Source: the human T2T-CHM13v2.0 reference genome, Homo sapiens. Taken from it: DNA of 64,000 bases. The position numbers and the translations under genes were made by a program. The DNA lies in assembly GCF_009914755.1 (NCBI RefSeq), contig NC_060936.1. One strand, 5' to 3'. Below the pieces are notes generated by a model. It was given only the letters and a program-made list of their open reading frames with translations. It made no database searches and was not told where the DNA came from. This document shows positions 49,532 to 64,000 of the stretch, piece by piece. The first letter of the stretch is position 1; the number at the start of each line of letters is the position of its first letter.

Positions 49532-49754
49532 CAGCTGCCCCTGTACATTGAACACATGGCTAGGGCCCACGGACATGCAGTTTTCAACCAAATATGGACG
49601 GAAAAGACCGGTGGGATGCGAAACCCACTGTATATGGAGGGCGATCGCCTATACGTGGGTTCTGCAAGGCAGACTACAAGCTTTGAGTATGTGCAGATTT
49701 AGGTATACCAGGGAGTGTTAGAACCAATTCTCTGTGTGTATTGAGGGACGACTG
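49532..49754 (-). mobile_element. MER8-like Tigger-derived MITE
   Basis: gggatgcgaaaccc..tatatggagggcga...gagggacgactg. Confidence 0.7.
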
Positions 49755-49856
49755 TGTTTTGTTTAATGTAATGTATTTTGTTTTGTTTATTCCACCATTA
49801 ACCACAGTCTTTGAACATTGACTCAATACTAAGCCTCTATTGTGTCCCTGCTATTA

Positions 49857-50735
<879 letters not shown>

Positions 50736-51097
50736 GTAAATTCATTAAAAAATTAAGAAGTGTATCCTGTGACAGTGGAGATAAGTGCTAGGAAAAAAAT
50801 CCTTGAAGGCTCCGACAAGTCCTGCAGAAAAGAGACTTGTTGAATTTTATTCAGTCATAGAGCAGATTTTCTTGGGCCACAGGGACTTTGTTCTGAAGAC
50901 GTAGTATGAAAGGCTGGAATACATGTCTCCTGCATCTGTGATTTAGCCTAGCAACATTGATAAAGCACATACTGTGTGCCTGACACTGGGTTGGGCGCTG
51001 AGGAGTCCTTGAGGGGTTTAGCTGGAGAAGGACAGGTCCCGTGCTCAGACTCAGGGCTGTGAGCCTGCCAGGTATGGAGCACAAAATAAGGCACTGA

Positions 51098-54122
<3,025 letters not shown>

Positions 54123-54309
54123 TGAGGCCAGAGGGGCTGGCACACAGAGGGTGCAAGTGGAAGGGGAGAGGCGGGTGGGCGGGGCCTAGGAGAAGGAAGG
54201 AGTTTGCCTTAGTCCCATGGGCCCTGGAGCACCTCCAAAGGGTTTAATTAGGGATGTGACGGAGCTGTATTTCCGCAAGTTCATTCATTTTTTGTTTTTT
54301 GCTTGGGTT

Positions 54310-54870
54310 TTTTTTTTAGGGGGGGACAAAGCCTTGCTCTGTCACATAGGCTGAAGTGCAGTGGCACAGTCTCAGCTCACTGCAACCTCTGCCTCCTGGG
54401 TTCAAATGATTCTCCTGCCTCAGCCTCCTGAGTAGCTGGGATTACAGGTGCCCACCACCATGCCTGGCTAATTTTTTGTATTTTTAGTAGAGATGGGGTT
54501 TTGCCATGTTGGCCAGGTTGGTCTCGAACTCCTGACCTCAAGTAATTCGCCTGCCTTGGTCTCCCAAACTGCTGGGATTATAAGCATAAGCCACATCGCA
54601 TGGCCTCATTCATTCTTTTTTTAATCCAGTAAATATCTGTTGAGTACATGCTGTGTACCGGGCACTGTTCTGGGTCTATAGCAGTGAACAAAACCAAATC
54701 CTATTCCTCGTGGAATTTAATTATTTATTTTTATTTTTAAATTAAAAAAAAATTGAGACGGGGTCTCACTCTGTAGCCCAAGCTGATCTGGAACTCCTGG
54801 GCTCAAGCGATCCTCCCGTCTCAGCCTCCCAAAGTGTTGAGATTATAGGTGTGAGCCACGGTACCCAGCT
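54310..54870 (-). mobile_element. Alu plus FLAM within an L2 fragment
   Basis: Consensus blocks. Confidence 0.85.
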
Positions 54871-56179
54871 GGAATTTATATTTTAATGGGGACTCATAGG
54901 AAATAATCAAGTGAAGAAAGAAGCACGTTAATTCCAGGCAGGGAAAATGCGATGGAGAAAACAGGAGAGGGGTTAGGGATTACCAAGTCAAAGGGGAGTC
55001 AGAGAGGGTCAGACCCAGGCGAAGTGTGGGAAGGCGCCATGTGGATGCCAGAGAGACTACAGAGAAGTGAAAAAGCGACTTCCATAAAAAGTTAAAACCA
55101 GAGAGGGGCTCACTGACCCCAGCAGGCCTCCCTAGGACAGCAGCAGTGCAAAGGCCCTGAGGCAGCAGGGAGCTCCATGGTGTGAGGAAGGGAAGGGAGA
55201 GGCCACTTGTGGGAGAGACAGCACAGGCCACCAGGGTCGGGGGTACTGTGGTGGTAAGTGACCTGTCTCCTGGGGTGACAGGCAGCAGAGGGAGGTTGTG
55301 AGAGGAGCTGGGGTGGTGTGGAGCTGGTGCAGGGGTCCTGAGGGCAGACTGTTCGGGTTGCTGCGGTTTCCAGACCGGATGTGCCGGACTTAGCTGGGCC
55401 GTGAGGAGCCATTAGCTGTGGAAGAATATGAGGAAGTGGGATGGACAGGACCAGGGCTGGCCTGGGTACAGGAGACAGGGATGGGCGGGGGGTGACAGCC
55501 CAGGGTGTGGCTGGGGTCGGGGGTGCTGGGAAGCTGGACACCAGGCCTGAGATGGGGAGGCTGATATGCTATCACCACGAGGCAGCTTGAGTTCTGCGGG
55601 TTCTGAAAACACCCAGGCAGAGAGGTCTTGGTGGGCATGTGGGTATGGCGGAGCTTAGGATGGGGATCTCCGGCCCGGGGACCTAAGTGTAGGCATCGCC
55701 AGGAGAGAAGTGGTGACTGAAGGTCACAGCAGGGTGACCTCACCTGGGAGGGCACTTGGGGCAGAGGCCTGGGATGCTCCAAAGGTTAATGGCTGGGGCA
55801 GAGGCCCAGGGAGGCCAAGAGCAGGACGTGACACAAGGGTTTCGGAAGGATCCCCGATTTCGAACGCTTGTGGGGTGAGAGGGGTCTGGGTGAGAGCCAA
55901 GGAGGGGGTCAGGGTAGGCAAAACTTTCGGCTGAAATGGGGAAAAGACAGCGCCAGGCAAGAGTGAGTCTCGTCGTTTTGAAGATAGAAGGAGCTTGAGA
56001 CGCTCAGATACTGATGGGATGGAGGAGGCAGGGAAGCGGTGACAATTAGGGACCGACAGGTGTGGAGAAGCCCAGAGCAAGGAGCCCAGGACACTGGGGA
56101 TGACAGAGATCCAGAGCCTAGGGTGGGACCGCCGAGGACACGGCCAGCTCCGCTGAGCCCCGCACACCGTCCACTGCAG

Positions 56180-56311
56180 GGCATGAGCATCCCAGCACAG
56201 CCCCACGCCTCCACCCGGGCAGGCTCGGAGCGGCGTTCGGAGCAGCGCCGCCTGCTGTCCTCCTTCACTGGCAGCTGTGACAGTGACCTGCTCAAGTTCA
56301 ACCAGCTCAAG
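56180..56311 (+). CDS. SETD1B: SETD1B exon 14 (RSEQRRL motif, [10 protein letters not shown])
   Basis: ctgcag / AAG|GTGAGG; Set1 RxxxRR motif. Confidence 0.96.
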
Positions 56312-56395
56312 GTGAGGCCGGGCTTCACCCAGATCGCCGGGGTGGCGGCAGGACCTGAGACCGGGGCTCACCTCTCCCCCTCTTCCCTCCCACAG

Positions 56396-56515
56396 TTCCG
56401 GAAGAAAAAGCTCAAGTTCTGCAAGAGCCACATTCACGACTGGGGCTTGTTCGCCATGGAGCCCATCGCGGCTGACGAGATGGTCATCGAGTACGTGGGC
56501 CAGAATATCCGTCAG
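56396..56515 (+). CDS. SETD1B: SETD1B exon 15 (SET-N)
   Basis: [20 protein letters not shown]...[10 protein letters not shown]. Confidence 0.97.
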
Positions 56516-56593
56516 GTAGGCACCGCCCGGCAGGATGGGCACCGGGGTGGGCATGGGGCCGGCCCAGCCAGACTGACCCCCTTTTGTGGCCAG

Positions 56594-56731
56594 GTGATCG
56601 CAGACATGCGGGAGAAGCGTTATGAGGACGAGGGCATCGGGAGCAGCTACATGTTCCGGGTGGACCATGACACCATCATCGACGCCACCAAGTGCGGCAA
56701 CTTCGCGCGCTTCATCAACCACAGCTGCAAC
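56594..56731 (+). CDS. SETD1B: SETD1B exon 16 (SET domain, RFINHSC)
   Basis: [18 protein letters not shown]; AAC|GTGAGT. Confidence 0.97.
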
Positions 56732-58224
56732 GTGAGTGCCCAGCGGGGGGTGGCCCCTGCCCCTGCTCCTGCCCCTGGCCCTGCTTCTGTGCCAGGAGGG
56801 CCTGGAAGCCCCGGCACGGGAATCAGCTCGGCCTCCTTCCCAAGCTCAGGTTGGCCAAGGGTTATAGGGAGAGGAGGACATGTGAGGTCTTTTACCAGGA
56901 GCTCTACTCCTCTGAGCCTCAGTTTCTCATCTGTCAAATGGGCATAGTGAGACTTCTGTGGCATTTAGAGGACTCAAAGAAGTGGTTGGTTCAGTTCATT
57001 GGTAATTTCGGAGTTATTTCTCTGCGTTAGCCTTTTCTCCGTGCCTTCATTGGTCAGGCTCAGTCCTGCTCGGGCCGAGCTGTCCACTAGAACTTTCTGC
57101 AAGGGGGAGGTGCACTGCGTGCATCTGTGCTGTGGGTTAGCCACATGTGTGGTGGTGAGCACTGGAAATGTGCCCAGTGCATCTGGGGACCTGAGTTTTA
57201 AATTTTATTTCATTTTGATGAATTTAAACTTAATTAGCTTGTGACGACTGTATTGGGTGGTGCAGGCCTAGAGGGGAGGGACACTGATAACAGGGATTTG
57301 AGTGCTGAAGGAAGAGCACAGGAAGCTCTGAGCAGGAGGCAGGCATGTTCCGGGGTGGATGCCCCTGACTTTGGGTTCAAGTCTTGGCATTGCAGCTTAG
57401 TGAGTTACTTAATGTCTCTTATGCCTGAGTTTCCTTGTCTGTAAAACAGAGACAATAACAGTCTCTCCTTTTAGGTTGTTGGGAGGGCCACATAGGTGGG
57501 TCACTGCACGTGGGCCATTTGAGTGCTGGCCAGGCCAGTCCTCAGCGCCTGCTGGCTCTCTTCGTTGTGACTTGATCCTTGCCTGGGTGGTAGGGACTTT
57601 CCTGTGAATATCCGGGGAGATCTGAGGGGTGAGAGGGAATTGCCCAGGGGAAGCGGTGCTGGGGCAAGGGGAACTGCGTGTTCAAAGGCCCTGGGGCAGT
57701 TGGGAGAACACCTGTTTGAGAGATAGCAAGGGAGGCAGTGGGCATGGGGTGGGGTAAGAGGATGGGGTGGGCAGGGCTGAGGGTGGCCAAGCTGAGGAAC
57801 TAAGTTTCTCTGAGAGCCAAGGTCGCTGGAAGGTTGGAGCCATCGGGCAACAGGTTCTGCTATCCCTTTGGAAACGTTTCCCTGGCTGCTGGGGCAGGAG
57901 TGGATTTTTTCAGGGGTGAGAGTGGCCAAGGGGGCTGTAGCAGGCGGGTGAGCAGTGATGGGGGCCTGAGCGCGGCTGGTGGCCCCAGAAGTGGAGAGCA
58001 GTAGACACAACCAAGAGGCCCTTCCGGGACTGAACTCACCGGCCCTGGTTGGGGCCAGATCTGGACTGAAGGAGGCAGGGAGGCAGATGCTCTGGGGCCT
58101 GGGTGTGTGGTGCAGCGGCTGCCCAGAGCAGGAGCAGATCATGCTTTAGGTGTGAGCTAAGTCAAAGACAGTACCCAGGGCTGCCACTGGCAGACAGCAG
58201 GTAGTTGCATTTATGGGCTTGGAG

Positions 58225-58431
58225 GCCTTTACCTTTTCTGTAAAGGGCCAGATAATAAATGTTTTTGGCTTGGTGGCTCAGATGATCTCTATGGCAACTA
58301 CTGAACTTGGCTATTGTAACAAAAGCAGCCACAAATTATATGCAAATGAATGGGAGAATGGATATGGCTATGTGCCAGTAAAACTTTATTTACAAAAACA
58401 GGCTGCTAGGGGCTATAGTTTGCTGACCCTT
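58225..58431 (-). mobile_element. Second MER58A-like fossil (SETD1B last intron)
   Basis: ctgtaaagggccagata...gtaaaactttatttacaaaaacaggc...tagtttgctgaccct. Confidence 0.8.
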
Positions 58432-58525
58432 TTTTTAGAGCTCAGAAGTGAGACCTGAGCTAAAAATAGACATACATTTGGGAGGCACTTGTACTACGAA
58501 TGGAAATGAAAGGCCTGGGAAATAA

Positions 58526-58900
<375 letters not shown>

Positions 58901-61320
58901 GCCCCGGCACCAGACTCAAAGGATGTCAGCCGTAGCCCTGGGACTCCCGAGCGTGGAGCCCCTGGCCCCGGGGCCCGGCCCCCTGCGCCCGCCCCCATTT
59001 CAGGTGCTGTCCTCTACCCAGCGGCCATTCAGGGCCTGGCGCCCCACACTACCCCCTGGAGCCCCTGGCTCCGGCCCCTCCGCGGGAAAGGGCTTCTCTG
59101 TCGTTCAGCCCACGTCTCTCTCATTTTAACAAACGCCCCTTTCAGGATTTCTGTTTAACTCCAGCATCAGCTTCTCTCTCTCCGTCTCTCCTCCCCTCTC
59201 TCTCTTCTCTGTCTCTTCTCTCTCCCACCATCACCCTCGGCCTCTTCCTGTGAATGCTGCTACGTTGTTTTGTCTTCTCTATTTTTTTCCTCGTTGTGAG
59301 AAAAGACATTTAACCGTTGAAATGTGAAGGTGGAATCAGAGAGGGGCCCCGCGGGGGTCTGCAGAGGCCTCAGTGTGGCTGTGCGTGGCCCGTGTCCTGG
59401 AAGCCACCCGGACCTGGACGCAGGGCCAGGTGCTGTGGGAAGGATGGAGGCCCCCACGGCCTTGACCTCAGAACACTACGCCCTGAAAGCGCCCCTCACT
59501 GCCCGTGGGCACAGTGAGGAGACCCCACACCTTTCCCCACCCGAGCTGCAGCCTGTTCCTTCCCCAGAGGCCTGGGGCACCACTGACCCGGTGGACCCTG
59601 ATGGAGCTAAGCTGTCCCAGGCAGGGGTCTCCGCTCTGGGCTTTCCCTGCCACCTCACACCCCAGCACCCCCTAAACCTTGGGTTCAATGTTTACTTTCT
59701 CATTCGGATGCCAGCAACGCGGGAGCCTCTCGGAGGCCCCAGTGCAGGTGAGGGGCGCTGAGAACGCGGGCAGCCACTCTCTTCTGCCCTTGCCTTCGCC
59801 CTGGGTGGGACAGGGCTCCCAAGGGCAGGCGGGTCCCCCAGTCCCGCCATTACGGGTTGTCAGACCGTCTGCGTGTGGCATTTTTTGGCTTATAAGCTTC
59901 ACCCACTCACCCCCAACCCACACCCCACATCCCCCTACCGGCAGCCCCTCAACCTAAGAAGGCCAGAGCATATTTATTTTCGGAGGGAGCAGATTACTTC
60001 TCCCAGAGAAAGGAAAATCTTGGAAAAGATTTAAAAACACAAATCTAAGCCTTGACGGTTTTTTTTTCCCTTTTGACCCCCTTCCCATCTCTTCAGAATT
60101 TATTCCCATGGCTTTTTTTTTTCTTGTGCGTGTATAAAATCAAAAGGAAGGGGAAAAAGGTTTTTGAAGTTCAGAACCAACTTCTGTATATAGAGGCTGC
60201 CGCAAAGGACTTTCTCTTGGGAACATTGTTTCTTGTAGAAACATGCGGGAAGACATTTTTTGCTCATTTCTTTGTACTTCCAAAAAAAAAGGAAAAAAAA
60301 GACAAAAGCAAGTCCCCCCGTACCCCAGAAAGCAGAGGAGGCGTGTAAATAATTTCTGGAAAGTGACTGTTGTGACCCGGAGTCCTCATCAAGATGAGCG
60401 CGCTCCATGAGGGAGCTGCTCCCACCCTGCGGACGCAGGCGGCCGGAGCCTCTGGTATCTCAGCTTGTGTCAAGCTTGTTATCATGTAAATTCTGTACAA
60501 AGAATTGTTATTTTTCTCTTTTTTGTTGTTGGTGGTTTTGTTGTGTGTTTTTTGTTGTTTTTTTTTTTATTCCTTTCCCCCAGGCCCTCTCTATTTGAGA
60601 CTGTGCCCGCCGGTTTCAAGATCAAGGAAATTGGTGGCAACAAGACACAGATGGGGTACCTGGGCACAGCGGCGAACTTCTCTTCCGTTTGCGGTTTTCT
60701 GCCTAATTGTGCAACTGAGGAAATAATTTATTTTTCACATGAGGAAATGCGTAGCTTGTAGAGACGGCTGATTCAAGTTACATGTACAGCCTCCAAAGGG
60801 CTGTCTCCATTCTGTCCCCTTCCCATAAAAGAAGTGGGGGTGTTCGAGAAGACCAGGGAAGGGACCCTTGCCTCACCCCTCCCCCTGGCCTCACCTTGCT
60901 CCCAGCCATCGTGCCCAGTGTTAACCTCGGCTGGCCTTCACTAAGGGGACTAGACCTCCCTCTCCCCAGGAGCCCCAGCCCCAGAGTGGTTTGCAATAAT
61001 CAAGATATGTGTCGAGTCATTTTTCTTTCAACTCCCTCATTTTTCATTGAACAAATCTCTGCTTTTCAAGAGTTGGGGGTTTCTGCTATTTTTTGCTTTC
61101 TCTCCCTCCCCCTGCAAAGATGAGAACCAATGAGTTTTAGGGATGTTTGTGCGGGTAGACTCCATCATCCATATGTAACTTGTTTTGAAGAGAAGTGTTT
61201 CCGTTGTGTGTCTTGATGTAAATATTTGTTCATATTTTTGTGAATTCAATACTATGTACCATTGTATTATAGTAACTTTTATAAAGCAAACCATAAATAT
61301 ACTGACTTTTCTTACAGATA
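58901..61320 (+). other. SETD1B: SETD1B 3'UTR (~2.4 kb, Alu-free)
   Basis: U-rich tracts, UGUA elements, variant hexamers TATAAA at 61280 and CATAAA at 61292, followed by a pyrimidine-rich downstream element. Confidence 0.75.
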
Positions 61321-61436
61321 CGCCGTCTCTCTTGCTCTCCTCTCTCCCTCTCCTCTTTATTCTTTCTTTCTGTTGGGAGCACATCCTGCTTCTGTGGAGG
61401 GTGGAGTGGTCCACTCAGACACTCAGATCAGCAGGG

Positions 61437-61820
<384 letters not shown>

Positions 61821-62390
61821 TAGATTTTTTTCTTAAAACCTCAGGTTTCTGACTCATGAGGTCTGCAATGAAGGAAATAAGATCAGGTATCCTTTTACTA
61901 TCACTAGAAGAACGTAGGTGGTTCCTCAGAAATGTTTAACACTTAAGGAGATGCCCCCCTGGTCTGCATTTGAGGGAGGAAAAAGGGCTGATAAAATAGT
62001 AGAAGTTGAGAAGAATTAAATCTATCCTGTATTCATGGCATTTCAGAGATGCTGTGCCCCAGTCAGTCTCAGCTCTGCTTGACCCAGTAGACGGGTGATA
62101 AAGGGCTTATAGTTGGCGTCCACGGTAAATGTCTCCAAGAAGACGTAAAACCTTAGCAAAAAGCAATATGCCTGAAAAGACGCTGTACGTCACTTCCTAC
62201 TGGAGAAATGTGAATTATCCCAGGATGCCGTTTCCCCCTGTCAGGTTGGCAAATATTAAAAGGTGGAGGAAACCCAATTTGAGGGAGCAGGAGGCTGGGG
62301 TACTCTCGTGTGTCATTAGGGGAAGCCAAAAATCACTGCAACCTTTAGGAGGAAAAATACCTATTAGTAATCATTATTTAAAATGCACAC

Positions 62391-62785
<395 letters not shown>

Positions 62786-63139
62786 TCATTTCTGGTATCA
62801 ACGAAACGAAGGGAGAGTAAATTGTCCGTTCACAGTGGGCTGCTTTTAGGAATTGTGCATCCAGACAGGTGGACACTCCCGTAAGTGGATTCATGGGAAT
62901 AGAGGGCTGAGGTCCGGGCTGAGCCAGGAAAGAGAAGGAAGTGTCTGGCCATTAATTCAATCAACCAATATTTATTGAGCACCTTGTATGTGCCAGGTAC
63001 TCTTCTAGGCTCTGGGGATAGGAATGAAGGAAACATACTGTTCTTGAGGGCGAGCCAGACAAATGTGAAAAGTAAGTGCAATAGTAAGGAGGAATAAAGC
63101 TAAGAGAAGGGGGTGTAGCTGAAGGAATATACAATTTTA

Positions 63140-64000
<861 letters not shown>

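Noticed and set aside
55724-56722. 332-aa minus-strand ORF over SETD1B exons 14-16
   Set aside because: Antisense shadow of GC-rich coding codons plus stop-free introns; no recognisable domain or promoter

Overview
Human (primate) genomic DNA, GC- and Alu-rich. I recognise it from the encoded proteins as the TMEM120B-RHOF-LINC01089-SETD1B locus (12q24.31). From left to right it holds: (1) the last five coding exons and 3'UTR of TMEM120B (+); (2) the complete 5-exon RHOF gene (-, 211 aa), tail-to-tail with TMEM120B; (3) a minus-strand spliced lncRNA region (LINC01089) running from the SETD1B promoter towards RHOF; (4) the complete 17-exon SETD1B gene (+, CDS 5901 nt = 1966 aa, assembled by hand from splice sites). 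There are about 45 Alu pieces plus MIR, L2, L1 and MER fossils. No prokaryote-type system or new protein-coding gene is supported. The most interesting signals are regulatory: a spliced, CAG/CGG-repeat-containing uORF ending 4 nt before the SETD1B start codon; an AT-AC U12 intron just upstream of the catalytic module; a MER58A-derived bidirectional poly(A) signal between TMEM120B and RHOF; a tandem repeat that duplicated a TMEM120B splice donor in frame; three stop-free 3n short introns in SETD1B; an intronic poly(A) RHOF isoform lacking CAAX; and an F-R/F-R CTCF motif arrangement. Repeat boundaries are approximate and were read by eye.
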